A stretch of DNA of 64,000 bases from an uncultured Aliarcobacter sp. (GTDB taxonomy: Bacteria > Campylobacterota > Campylobacteria > Campylobacterales > Arcobacteraceae). Shown in pieces: positions 37,444 to 47,890 of this stretch. The stretch is taken from contig OY781945.1 of NCBI GenBank assembly GCA_963677435.1, positions 1,280,001 through 1,344,000 of the forward strand, written 5' to 3'. The first letter of the stretch is position 1; each line of letters begins with the position of its first letter. The notes under the pieces were generated by a model. It did no database searches, was not told the DNA's origin, and saw only the letters and a program-made list of their open reading frames with translations. A program made the translations under genes and the position numbers.

Positions 37444-39129
37444 GTGAGTTTAACACTTGAATATACTTTATTATTTATAGCAATTTTAATTATTATTTAC
37501 TTGCTTTCTGAGTTAAAAAATAAAAGAAAGTTAAAAAGAGAAAATCATATATTAAAACAATATAGAGAAGTAGTAGAAGATAGTAATATTATTTCTAAAT
37601 CAGATTTAAGAGGTAATATAACTTATGTAAATGATAAATTTTGTGAAGTAACTTTATATAAAAGAGAAGAGGTAATAGATAAACCTCACAGCATATTAAA
37701 AGGTGAAAATTCAAAAGAAGTTTTTAAAGAATTATGGGAAACAATAAGCAATAAAAAAACATGGCAGGGACTTTTAAGAAATAGAAGAAAAGATGGCGAA
37801 TACTATTATGTTAATATTACTATTCGACCTATTTTAGATGAAAATAATGAAATTATAGAGTACATTGCAATTAGACATGAAATAACAGATTTGATTCATA
37901 AATCAATAGAATTAGAAAAAAGTTTAAGGGAAGATTTTTTAACTAAAGAGGGAAATAGATTTAAATTATTTGAAGATATTAAAAAATCAAAAAAACCCTC
38001 ATTAGCACTTTTAGATATAAATAGATTTGGTGATATAAATGATTTCTATGGTTATGATGTTGGAGATGAAGTTTTAAAAATTGTTTCAAAAGAATTTAGA
38101 AATTTCATGGGAAATAAATACTCTTTATATAGAATTTATTCAGATGAATTTGCAATTTTAGCTGATAATGAAGACAGAGAACATTTTATTGGGTTAATAA
38201 AATTTATTACAGATTCTATTTCATCTTCTCCTTTGCAAATCAAAGGTAAAGAGATATATATTCAAATGAGTTTTAGTTTATCTTTTGAAGAAAAAGATAG
38301 TCTGAAAAAAACCGCAAATATAATACAACGATATTCAAAAGTAAATAAAGATATTTATATTTATGACAAAAAATTAGAAATTGAAAAAATTTACGAAAAA
38401 AATATTATGTGGACAAATAAATTAAAAAAAGCCTTTGAAAGTGATAGTATAGTTCCTTATTATCAGGCGATATACAATATAAAAACAAATAAAATTGAGA
38501 AATACGAAGCATTAGTTAGACTAATTGATGAACATGGAATTGCTATTTCTCCATTTTATTTTTTAGATATTGCAAAAAAATCTAAACAATATTTAAAGCT
38601 TACAAGACATGTTATAAAAAAATCGTTTGAATATTTTAAAGACAAAGATTATGAATTTTCTATAAATTTAACCCTTGAAGATATAAAAAGCAAAAATATC
38701 TCTTCATATGTGATGGAAATGCTAAAAGAGTACAACATTGCTTCAAAAGTAGTATTTGAAATAGTCGAATCAGAGGGAATTGATGATTTCTCTCAAGTTA
38801 ATAGTTTTATTGATACGGTAAGAGCATTAGGATGTAAAATTGCAATAGATGACTTTGGGAGCGGATATTCAAATTTTGAATATCTAATAAAATTAAATGC
38901 TGATTATATAAAAATAGATGGTTCGTTAATCAAAGATATTTTGGTAAATAAAAATAATCAAGAAATAGTAATAACGATACTTGATTTTGCTAAAAGACAA
39001 GGCTTTAAAACAATTGCTGAGTTTGTATCATCAAAAGAGATTTTTGAAAAAGTTAAAGAGTTAGGTTTTGATTATGCTCAAGGATATTATATTAGTGAAC
39101 CAAAATATGAAATTTTAGCAGAAGCTTAA
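37444..39129 (+). CDS. PAS, degenerate GGDEF, EAL phosphodiesterase
   Basis: N-terminal TM, PAS (ITYVNDKF), YSDEF, YEALVR and IAIDDFGSGYS. Confidence 0.92.
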   Translation: MSLTLEYTLLFIAILIIIYLLSELKNKRKLKRENHILKQYREVVEDSNIISKSDLRGNITYVNDKFCEVTLYKREEVIDKPHSILKGENSKEVFKELWETISNKKTWQGLLRNRRKDGEYYYVNITIRPILDENNEIIEYIAIRHEITDLIHKSIELEKSLREDFLTKEGNRFKLFEDIKKSKKPSLALLDINRFGDINDFYGYDVGDEVLKIVSKEFRNFMGNKYSLYRIYSDEFAILADNEDREHFIGLIKFITDSISSSPLQIKGKEIYIQMSFSLSFEEKDSLKKTANIIQRYSKVNKDIYIYDKKLEIEKIYEKNIMWTNKLKKAFESDSIVPYYQAIYNIKTNKIEKYEALVRLIDEHGIAISPFYFLDIAKKSKQYLKLTRHVIKKSFEYFKDKDYEFSINLTLEDIKSKNISSYVMEMLKEYNIASKVVFEIVESEGIDDFSQVNSFIDTVRALGCKIAIDDFGSGYSNFEYLIKLNADYIKIDGSLIKDILVNKNNQEIVITILDFAKRQGFKTIAEFVSSKEIFEKVKELGFDYAQGYYISEPKYEILAEA

Positions 39130-39139
39130 GAGTTAACTC

Positions 39140-39649
39140 TTAAGCTTTAGATAGTTTTACAAGATTATTAATCATAGAAATTGCAGTTTCTTCATTTAAA
39201 GGTTTTTCATAAGTAGTTAAAATTTCTCTTGCAAGAATATTTGCACCTAAATGTTGAAATTGTATTCTCATAGCTTGAAGACCTTTCGCTCCACCACCAC
39301 CGCTGTGAGTTGCTAGGGCAACTGTTTTTTCATTGAAAGCATCTCTCCAGTCTTTTGTTGCTCTTGAAGTCCACGCCATTGCATTGTTTAATACAGGAGG
39401 CATTACACCATTATATTCAGGAGCTACAATTATAAATGCTTTTAATGCTAATATTTTTGTTGCTAAATCAAGTACAATTTCTGGAATTCCATTTTCTTGT
39501 TCTTCAACTGTACTATATAAAGGTAGTCTTAAATCAACTAAATTTATTAATTCAGCTTCATAACCAAGAGTTTTTGTAATTTCTTGAAGTTTTAATCCTA
39601 ATTTTAAATTATTATTTGAACTTGCTACTAATATTCCTATTTTTGACAT
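39140..39649 (-). CDS. NADPH-dependent FMN reductase
   Basis: APEYNG.MPPVLNNA..W and SGGGG..GL..MR. Confidence 0.9.
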   Translation of the reverse strand: MSKIGILVASSNNNLKLGLKLQEITKTLGYEAELINLVDLRLPLYSTVEEQENGIPEIVLDLATKILALKAFIIVAPEYNGVMPPVLNNAMAWTSRATKDWRDAFNEKTVALATHSGGGGAKGLQAMRIQFQHLGANILAREILTTYEKPLNEETAISMINNLVKLSKA

Positions 39650-39792
39650 AATTATCCTTATTTATATTTTTAAAACTTGATTATAACAAAGCAATACTTT
39701 TATTCAGGATAATAAAAAATAATAAAATTAGTTTTACTTTAAAATAAAAACTGCTACAATTAGACAGTGTTAACTCAATATTAAGTAATAAA

Positions 39793-41694
39793 ATGAAAAT
39801 TGCAAAAGAAGAAAAATTTTTAAAAATAATAAAATTCACTCCATCAATATTTGTAATAATTATTTCATTGCTTGTGATTTTATTTTTATATTTTGAAAAT
39901 AAAAAAACATTTAATCAAGAAAAAAAAGAGATTGAGCAAAAATATATTTTTGAAAAGAAAGAACTTATTAAAGAAGAAGTAAATAGAGTATACACTTTTA
40001 TAGAACACTTACAAAAAAGTACAGAAAAAGAACTTAAAAAAAATGTTAAAAGTAGGGTTTATGAAGCCCATGCAATTGCAACTGGAATTTATAATAAATA
40101 TAAAGATACAAAAACTAAAGAAGAAATTTTCCAATTAATAAAAGTAGCATTTAATGATATTCGATTTAATGATGGTAGAGGATATTATTTTATGGATGAT
40201 GTAAATGGTGTAAAACTATCCCATCCAATTGATACTTCTATTGAAGGCAAAAATCTTTTAAACTATACAGATGTAAAAGGTTATAAGCTTTTTGAAACAA
40301 TAGTAAAAACAATAAAAGATAAGACAGAAAGATTTGATGAATATTATTGGTATAAACCAAATTCAACTAATGAAATAGGAAGAAAAATCTCTTTTTATAA
40401 ATATTTCGAACCATTAAATATCGCAATTGGCACAGGTGAATATTTTGATGATTTTGAAAAAAATATACAAAAAGAAGCCTTAGAATATATAAACTTAATT
40501 AGATTTGATAAAGCAGGTTATATTTTTATTTTAGATAAAAATAAAGAGTATGTGAGTCATTTTGATAAAAAGATAGTTAGTTTAAATATAGCTAATATGT
40601 CAAATGAATTGAAAGAAATAACTTTAAAATTATGGAAAATAGGAGAAAGTGGAGATGGATATTATACTTATATTCAAAATCCAAAACCTTATTCTAATGA
40701 AGCTGCAAAAAAAACTAGTTATGTAAAAGGTTATAAAGATTGGAATTGGGTTATTGGTTCAGGTTTTTATGAAGATGATATTTTCAAAGAAATTTTAGAA
40801 ACTAAAAAAAGACTAGATGATAAATATGAAAATTATATTAAAAACATTTTAATTATAGGTCTTGTATTAATAATCATATTATTGTTTATTTCAAGATATG
40901 TTTCAATTTATTTAGAAAATAAATTCAAAGAATATAAAATTGAATTACGAAAACAACAAGCAATATTACATCAACAATCAAAAATGGCTGCAATGGGAGA
41001 AATGATAGGAAATATCGCTCATCAATGGAGACAGCCTTTATCAACAATTACTACAGCTTCAACTGGTATGGTATTACAAAAAGAGATGGGAGTATTAACA
41101 GATGAGTTCTTCTTTGAAGCCTCTAATAAAATTAATACATCAGCACAATATCTATCAAAAACAATTGATGATTTTAGAAACTTTTTTAGTCCTAATAAAA
41201 TAAAATCAAAAATTCAAATCGAAGAATTATTTACAACAACTTTAGATCTAATTTCTGCACAATTTAATGCAAAAGATATAAAGATAATAAAGAGTATAGA
41301 TAATATAGAGTTATATACATATGAAAATGAATTAGTTCAAGCATTAATAAATATTTTAAATAATGCTAGAGATGAATTAATTAAATTACCTAGTGAATCT
41401 GAAAAACTTATATTTATTGATGTTCATACAAGTAATAAAAACACTCTTTTAATATTAATAAAAGATAATGCAGGTGGAATTGCGAATAATAATTTTGATA
41501 AAATATTTGAACCATATTTTACAACTAAACATCAATCACAAGGTACAGGTATTGGCCTTTATATGACAGAAGAAATTATCACAAAACATTTAGATGGTAA
41601 AATAACTGTTAAAAATAAAGAGTTTATTTATAATGATAAATCGTATACTGGAGCTCAATTTAAAATTGAACTTAGTTTAGAAAAAAATGATTAA
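39793..41694 (+). CDS. Sensor histidine kinase with tandem Cache domains; no adjacent response regulator
   Basis: Two Cache-like repeats; IAHQWRQPL, DNAGG and GTGIGLY. Confidence 0.94.
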   Translation: MKIAKEEKFLKIIKFTPSIFVIIISLLVILFLYFENKKTFNQEKKEIEQKYIFEKKELIKEEVNRVYTFIEHLQKSTEKELKKNVKSRVYEAHAIATGIYNKYKDTKTKEEIFQLIKVAFNDIRFNDGRGYYFMDDVNGVKLSHPIDTSIEGKNLLNYTDVKGYKLFETIVKTIKDKTERFDEYYWYKPNSTNEIGRKISFYKYFEPLNIAIGTGEYFDDFEKNIQKEALEYINLIRFDKAGYIFILDKNKEYVSHFDKKIVSLNIANMSNELKEITLKLWKIGESGDGYYTYIQNPKPYSNEAAKKTSYVKGYKDWNWVIGSGFYEDDIFKEILETKKRLDDKYENYIKNILIIGLVLIIILLFISRYVSIYLENKFKEYKIELRKQQAILHQQSKMAAMGEMIGNIAHQWRQPLSTITTASTGMVLQKEMGVLTDEFFFEASNKINTSAQYLSKTIDDFRNFFSPNKIKSKIQIEELFTTTLDLISAQFNAKDIKIIKSIDNIELYTYENELVQALINILNNARDELIKLPSESEKLIFIDVHTSNKNTLLILIKDNAGGIANNNFDKIFEPYFTTKHQSQGTGIGLYMTEEIITKHLDGKITVKNKEFIYNDKSYTGAQFKIELSLEKND

Positions 41695-41765
41695 TTAGAA
41701 TTTTTTATACATTGATTGAAAAGTAAAATGTTAGATTTATTAAATTGAAAAAATATGATTTTGTT

Positions 41766-41791
41766 AACACAAAGTGGTGCGAATGGTGAGA
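41766..41791. repeat. att site: duplicated 3' end of tRNA-Leu
   Basis: GTGGTGCGAATGGTGAGA at 41774-41791 is identical to 47890-47907; match extends to 25/26 bp with AACACAA(A/C). Confidence 0.92.
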
Positions 41792-41986
41792 TTGTCTAAA
41801 AGACAATATTAATAACTATAAAAACACTATAAAAAGGCACTTCTAGAAAAATTAATTTTTATACTTTTTGTTGAATATAGTTGTTTTTGGAACAATATTA
41901 TCACAATTTAATACATCTTTTTATTCAGAGTTGTTTTTCTTTATAAAATCAGCACACTTAAATATTTATTATTTCATTTTAGAAAG

Positions 41987-42931
41987 TTACCTCCATCGTC
42001 CAAATATAGTATAATAATCAAATGTCATATGTACTAAAATAACAGAAACAACTAACCAAACACTCCAAACAATGATTTTATGAATATTATCATTTAGTGG
42101 ATATTTTTTTCGCAAAAATAATGGCATACTAATCAAGTTAACTAAAAAAGCACCTAAAAATGCTGCTACAAAACTATTTGAGAAGAGAAAAATTAAAAAA
42201 TATAATGCTGGAACTAATAACATATAGTAAATTAAATAATCAAACATATTAATGAAATTTGTTTTAATAAGAATATCATTATCTAAGTTTTTCTTAATCT
42301 TTTTATATGAAATAAATAAAGCTAAAAAAAACAAAAACCAAAGATTAAAATACCATAATAAGTTATACAATGGATTAGTTGATATAAATTCAAAACCAGG
42401 CATAGGAGGACTTATTTTTAAGATAACTTTTTCACCATCTAATTCTTTTCCAACATCTTCAACTTTAATTTGAATATTGTTAAAACCTACATGTAAACTA
42501 AAAGCTTCTGATTTTGATTTTGGATAAGAAAATTGATTAGGATTATTGTCATTTTCATAGGGAAACATGAATCTTTCAATACTATCTCTACTACCTGAAA
42601 AACTAGGTTTAGCTTCATAAAATCTATTTTGTTTTGTATTCTCTACTGATAGTATGATTGGTTCTCCTGGATTTACATAAAAGAGATAGCCATCTCGATT
42701 ATGAGTATCTGAATTTTTAAGAATGGCATCACCTAAACCATTTGTACCTTTTTTAAATGCTATATAGAAACTAAGATTACCAGGCGTTAAACGAAATATT
42801 CTTACCTTAACTATTTCTCCTTTTTGTAAAATTAATTCCTTTTTATATGTATATTCAGAAATATATTTTAAAAAAATTCCAAAAAATGTGAATAGTACTA
42901 ATATTAACCATATTTTTAATGATTTATTCAT
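41987..42931 (-). CDS. Hypothetical membrane protein (element cargo)
   Basis: N-terminal TM, beta-rich extracytoplasmic domain, about 4 C-terminal TM; AAGG RBS. Confidence 0.75.
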   Translation of the reverse strand: MNKSLKIWLILVLFTFFGIFLKYISEYTYKKELILQKGEIVKVRIFRLTPGNLSFYIAFKKGTNGLGDAILKNSDTHNRDGYLFYVNPGEPIILSVENTKQNRFYEAKPSFSGSRDSIERFMFPYENDNNPNQFSYPKSKSEAFSLHVGFNNIQIKVEDVGKELDGEKVILKISPPMPGFEFISTNPLYNLLWYFNLWFLFFLALFISYKKIKKNLDNDILIKTNFINMFDYLIYYMLLVPALYFLIFLFSNSFVAAFLGAFLVNLISMPLFLRKKYPLNDNIHKIIVWSVWLVVSVILVHMTFDYYTIFGRWR

Positions 42932-43240
42932 GATAAGTTTACCTTCAATTTATTATTAATAATATTATTTGTTAAGACGATTTTATCAGAGCACATTATA
43001 CTTATTTACTAATGAATATATTAATGTAAAAAAGAAAAAGATATATCCTAAAGTTGATATTACAATTTTTGCATTTTAAGATTTTTCATTATCTCTTTTG
43101 TTGTAATGTTGTATTATAATCAATGAAATTCTTATAATAAAAAATCGTATAGTTGATATTTGAATTATAAAGCAATAATAATTATGAAGAAATAAATATA
43201 ATATTATTTATAAAAGAATTATTAAAATAAATAAAAGATA

Positions 43241-44395
43241 ATGACAATGATTGAACAAAATTTAAAAGATACACTTAGCAATGATATAGAATACTTAATA
43301 GATAATAATTTATTTTTTGAAAAAGTCTATATCCATTCTTGTCCTATTCATCAATTATTATATATTAAATATTACAGAATGAAAAATAAGATTTCATTAA
43401 ATGAATTAGTTGATAATAGTATAAATAGATATATCGCTGATTTGAAAGAATTAAAAAGAGTTTATGAGTTAGATGAAGATGCAAATTTGTTATATAGTGA
43501 GAAAAGATATAAAAGCAATATTTCAAAAGAATTATTAGAAAAATTAAAATATAAATTTATGAATAGTAAATTATATTATTTAGAGTGTGTGATAGTAAGT
43601 GCTAAAAATCCTTACTTAGAATATTTTTATTTATTTTTAAATTCAATAAATAATAGTTTATATATAAAAGAAAATCAATTTAACAATTCATCAACTCAAT
43701 ATAATAATGATAATTATATAAATAAAATAAAAAGTATGAGAGAGAATGCAGAAAACTTTTTTGATGAAAATTTATTAAAAGATTCAAAATTACATAAAGG
43801 TATTATTGAAACATATAAAAAAGATAAGATTGAAGGTTCTATGATTATATCTTCTATAACAAATAAAATGTTGGCTAAATTAATAGGCATGCTAGATATT
43901 GAAGATATAGATGAAAAAGATAAAATTATTTTAAATAGAAATCAACAATTTCATAAAAAATTTGAATATGTAAATTTTACAGAAAATGAAATGTATAATG
44001 GATTTGCTCAAGCTTGTTTTTATAATTATGGTCAAGCTAGAATTGAACAATTTAAAAGTTTAAGAAAAGAATATAATAAAAATAAAACAGCAACGATACC
44101 CAATTTTACTAAAGATATTATTTCAAAAGAAATAATAGAATTATTTAATTTAGTGTTAGATGAAAAAAATGCAATTAAAAATATTCGTCAAAATAAAAAA
44201 TCACCTAATATTTTAAAAATTTATGATGATATTACAATTTATACTACAAAAGATTTATCAGAAGTAGACAAAGGATTTTATAAATTTATTATTGAAAACT
44301 TTTTTGATGAAACTCCTAAAATGCAAAACTTCCTGAATGAACATAAAGAAGAAATGCAAAACTTCACTTCACAACTTCGTATCCTATTTTATTAA
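43241..44395 (+). CDS. Hypothetical soluble protein (element cargo)
   Basis: 384-aa ORF in very AT-rich DNA; no recognised motif. Confidence 0.75.
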   Translation: MTMIEQNLKDTLSNDIEYLIDNNLFFEKVYIHSCPIHQLLYIKYYRMKNKISLNELVDNSINRYIADLKELKRVYELDEDANLLYSEKRYKSNISKELLEKLKYKFMNSKLYYLECVIVSAKNPYLEYFYLFLNSINNSLYIKENQFNNSSTQYNNDNYINKIKSMRENAENFFDENLLKDSKLHKGIIETYKKDKIEGSMIISSITNKMLAKLIGMLDIEDIDEKDKIILNRNQQFHKKFEYVNFTENEMYNGFAQACFYNYGQARIEQFKSLRKEYNKNKTATIPNFTKDIISKEIIELFNLVLDEKNAIKNIRQNKKSPNILKIYDDITIYTTKDLSEVDKGFYKFIIENFFDETPKMQNFLNEHKEEMQNFTSQLRILFY

Positions 44396-44579
44396 ATATT
44401 CTCTGCAAATAACAACTCAAAAACAAGTAAATATTTACAGAAAAAAACTTTTTTTATCTGACACAATTCCTCTATCAATTGACAAACAAAGTCATATAAA
44501 TTTATATAACAGTAAAGACGTTTACTAAGCTTTCTATTTTAATAATTATAAAAATAGATAAATCCATAAAGGATAAAAA

Positions 44580-44840
44580 ATGATTACTTTAAAAGGTTTG
44601 CTTTTAAATATTATTCCAGCAACAACTTATAAAAAACAAGGAGAAACTTTAGTTACTCCTGTAAAAGCTAAATTACAAATTTTAGTAGAAAGCAAAAGAG
44701 CAAATGGAACATTAGTTAAAGATTTACAAACTATTTCAATTCCAGATGAAAAAATAAATCTTTATACAGACAAGATTTCAAAAGAGGTTTCCGTAGAAGT
44801 AGGAATCATTTCAAAACAATTTAGTTTCTATGGTGTCTAA
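44580..44840 (+). CDS. Small putative ssDNA-binding (OB-fold/gene V-like) protein
   Basis: 86 aa, beta-strand pattern, AAGGA RBS, directly upstream of origin hairpins and rep; function inferred from size and context. Confidence 0.55.
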   Translation: MITLKGLLLNIIPATTYKKQGETLVTPVKAKLQILVESKRANGTLVKDLQTISIPDEKINLYTDKISKEVSVEVGIISKQFSFYGV

Positions 44841-44929
44841 GAAGAAAAAAGACTTTTAGAGCGCTAGCGCATGAAAGTTTTTTTCTTCGTGACAAAATAA
44901 AAGTTATTCGGGGTATTTAGTAATACCCC
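44841..44929 (+). other. Putative replication origin hairpins (sso/dso)
   Basis: Long stem GAAGAAAAAAGACTTT...AAAGTTTTTTTCTTC around GCGCTAGCGC; perfect GGGGTATT-TAGT-AATACCCC at 44910-44929. Confidence 0.55.
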
Positions 44930-44956
44930 TTACTAAAACACTCAAAAGGAAAAAAG

Positions 44957-46303
44957 ATGAATGTAATTAAAAAAACATTTGGTATTGATTCACTTTATTT
45001 CTTCTTTGAAACCAATGAAAACTATGATGATTTATTTTTAGAAATACTTGACCAATTAGAAGAAATTAAAGGTAAGTTTGAAAAAAGAGATATTGAATTT
45101 GAGAACAAAGATTTAACAATATCAATAAATGATATTCAATTATCTTATCTTGGAAAACAAGAGGGCTTTTATTGGTTTAAAGATTCAAATGAATTTTTTA
45201 GAATTGGATTTAAAGATAGATATAAAAATAGAGGATTAAATGATATTAGAGTACAGCTTCAAGGAAATGGTATTTATACTTTTGGGATTAATTCTATTAT
45301 TGAATTACTCAAAGATTCCCTAAAAGAGTTTATAAGTGATTATATACCAGTAACAAGAGCAGATTTAAACTGCTTTATACAATATGATTTTTCATTTGTA
45401 AAAAAAGATATGTTTAGCACTAGAAAAAGAAAATATTCAACTATTAATGAAATTGGAGATGCAAATACAACTCAAACATTATATGTTGGAAAAGAGCCTT
45501 TTAAATTAAGGCTTTATAATAAATCATTAGAACTAAAAAAATCTAAAAAGTTTGAAATCATGAATGAATACTTTTTAAATAATGGTTTTGATTTAGAAGA
45601 GAATATTTTTAATATTGAGTTTCAAATGAATAGAGGTCATTTAAAACAATATAACATAAATACAATAGATGATTTATTTGCTAATGCTAAAAATCTTTTT
45701 CAAATTGCTATGGATGATATTAGATTACTTGATGTTGATTCAGTTTCAAGGGAAAGATTAGCAAATAATAAGTATCAAGCAGATACTCATAAATTATGGG
45801 AAGAGATTAAAAATGAATATGATTTAAAAGAGTTTTTACAAACTGTAATTCCATTAGAGAGATTAAAAAGAAAAATTTCTGTTTATGATGAAAATAAATT
45901 TGAATATGAATATATATCATTAATTAGAAAAGCATATATAAATAATCTAACTTTAGATGATGAACATTTAACAAGTTTATACTTTAAAGCAAAAGAATCT
46001 CTTAAAAAAACAACTACTCAAAAAGAGCTAAAAAAAGATTATATTGAAGTAGATATTGTAGATGAAACAACAAATAAAAAAGAGAATTTTAGATTGTTAA
46101 ATAGTGGAGAGTTAATTAAACCTCTTAGAACTGAAACTGTTGCTAATTTGAATGATTATGAATTACTTGTTTACTTGGATAAAACTAGTGAGAAACAACA
46201 TTTAAGTACTAGAGATAATTTGATTTATAATGTGGCTTATAAGGAAGCTCGGAAAAGGAATTTATTGCTTGATATTAGTTCTAATGAAGCGATAGAGTTT
46301 TAA
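44957..46303 (+). CDS. Rolling-circle replication initiator (Rep_trans-like)
   Basis: GIDSL, VTRADL, TLYVGK, LRLYNKS.E and NIEFQ parallel the Rep_trans TRxDxA / YxG / RxYxK / RxE motifs. Confidence 0.78.
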   Translation: MNVIKKTFGIDSLYFFFETNENYDDLFLEILDQLEEIKGKFEKRDIEFENKDLTISINDIQLSYLGKQEGFYWFKDSNEFFRIGFKDRYKNRGLNDIRVQLQGNGIYTFGINSIIELLKDSLKEFISDYIPVTRADLNCFIQYDFSFVKKDMFSTRKRKYSTINEIGDANTTQTLYVGKEPFKLRLYNKSLELKKSKKFEIMNEYFLNNGFDLEENIFNIEFQMNRGHLKQYNINTIDDLFANAKNLFQIAMDDIRLLDVDSVSRERLANNKYQADTHKLWEEIKNEYDLKEFLQTVIPLERLKRKISVYDENKFEYEYISLIRKAYINNLTLDDEHLTSLYFKAKESLKKTTTQKELKKDYIEVDIVDETTNKKENFRLLNSGELIKPLRTETVANLNDYELLVYLDKTSEKQHLSTRDNLIYNVAYKEARKRNLLLDISSNEAIEF

Positions 46304-46346
46304 GGGAGTTATATCTTAAACAGATTATGAAAGGAGAATATAAACA

Positions 46347-46652
46347 ATGGATATATCATTTGAGAATTTAAAAAAGATAGACACCATATTGGAAAAATTG
46401 GAAAGTCTAGAAAATAAGATTTCTAGTGAGAAGAGGTGGCTAAATATAAAAGAAGCTTCTTATTATCTTGGTTATTCAAAAGACCATATACATAAATTAA
46501 AAGAGAGTTATCTCTTAGAGGGAAAACATTACTTTAAAAAAGCAGGTAGGATTTTATTTGATAAAGTTGAACTTGATAATTGGGTTAAAACATCTTATCT
46601 ACAAATAAATCCAAAAGAGATTGTTGAGAATATTTTAAAAGATTTAATATGA
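46347..46652 (+). CDS. Excisionase-like HTH protein
   Basis: WLNIKEASYYLGYS...I.K...K..GRILF....LDNW; immediately before the integrase. Confidence 0.85.
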   Translation: MDISFENLKKIDTILEKLESLENKISSEKRWLNIKEASYYLGYSKDHIHKLKESYLLEGKHYFKKAGRILFDKVELDNWVKTSYLQINPKEIVENILKDLI

Positions 46653-46716
46653 TTTTCTGTAAAATAGTTACCGCTAGAAGTGAGCTATTTTATGGTGTTT
46701 TTTCTAAGGAGAAAAC

Positions 46717-47802
46717 ATGATTAATATGACGCAACCAAAACTTTACTCACGAGGTAATAAACTTTGGATGAATTTTAGTTTAGAGGGTAAATATATACGA
46801 AAATCTCTAAATCTAGAAGACAATAAAGCTAATAGAAAAATAGCAACAACACAAATAATTCCACAATTGATTTTAAAAGTTCATAGTGGAGAGTTCTTTG
46901 AAAAAACTATTGTTCCCACATTAAATGAGTATTCTAAAGTTTCTTTTGAATCACATAGACATGAACGAAAGATAACTACGAATACAGATTATCAAAATAT
47001 TTATAATAAGCATATCAAACCAATTTTTGGAAATAGAACACTTGATAAAATAAGAGTAAGTGAAATAAATATTTGGAAAAATAAGTTATATAATGAATTG
47101 AAATTATCATCAAGAAGAGTAAATGATATAAAAAAAATATTTGGTACTATTCTTGAAGATGCAATTAGAGATGAAATTATAGTTTCAAATCCAGTATCAA
47201 AATCAAGACCACTTCCTATACATCAAGAAAAAGAAATTAAACCTTTTTCATTAGATGAAATACAAAAGATTTTAGATTCAGCAAATGGGCAAGATAAAAA
47301 TATTATTGCTACTTTATTTATGACTGGTATGCGAACAGGTGAATTAATTGGTCTTAAATGGATTGATATAGATTTTGAAAAAAATGAAATAAAAATTAAT
47401 AGAACAATTGGAAGAGGAATAGAGGGTACTCCTAAAACTTTTTCCAGTTATAGAATAATTCCAATTTTTACTCCTTTGTTGTCATATCTAAAAAATCAGT
47501 ATGAATTAACTTCAAAAGAAAAATCCTATGTATTTTTAAATCATGATGGAAGACATTATTTTGATGCTAAAAATATTAGAGCAGGGTTATGGAAAAAGGT
47601 ATTAAAAAAATCAAGTGTTGATTTTAGAACAGTTTATTATACTAGGCATACTTTTTGTTCTATTAACTTACAAAATGGAGAAGATGTTATTTGGATATCT
47701 AAAGTATTAGGACATAAAAATCCTAGAGTTACTCTTGAAAAATATTCAAAATATATTCCAAGTATTGGAAATAAATGTACAATCTTTGAAAAATTAAATT
47801 GA
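46717..47802 (+). CDS. Tyrosine recombinase/integrase
   Basis: TGMRTGEL..LKW.DIDF, PKT..S.R, YYTRHTF and LGH.....T...Y. Confidence 0.95.
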   Translation: MINMTQPKLYSRGNKLWMNFSLEGKYIRKSLNLEDNKANRKIATTQIIPQLILKVHSGEFFEKTIVPTLNEYSKVSFESHRHERKITTNTDYQNIYNKHIKPIFGNRTLDKIRVSEINIWKNKLYNELKLSSRRVNDIKKIFGTILEDAIRDEIIVSNPVSKSRPLPIHQEKEIKPFSLDEIQKILDSANGQDKNIIATLFMTGMRTGELIGLKWIDIDFEKNEIKINRTIGRGIEGTPKTFSSYRIIPIFTPLLSYLKNQYELTSKEKSYVFLNHDGRHYFDAKNIRAGLWKKVLKKSSVDFRTVYYTRHTFCSINLQNGEDVIWISKVLGHKNPRVTLEKYSKYIPSIGNKCTIFEKLN

Positions 47803-47890
47803 TTTTATAAATATTATTAAACGTACAACTTTATCACAGTTGATAGTTTTTAAATTTGGAAAGCCATATAATGTGGGTTTGAACACAACG

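Noticed and set aside
44337..44528. 63-aa ORF inside the element
   Set aside because: It overlaps the previous gene end and the probable promoter region; no clear RBS
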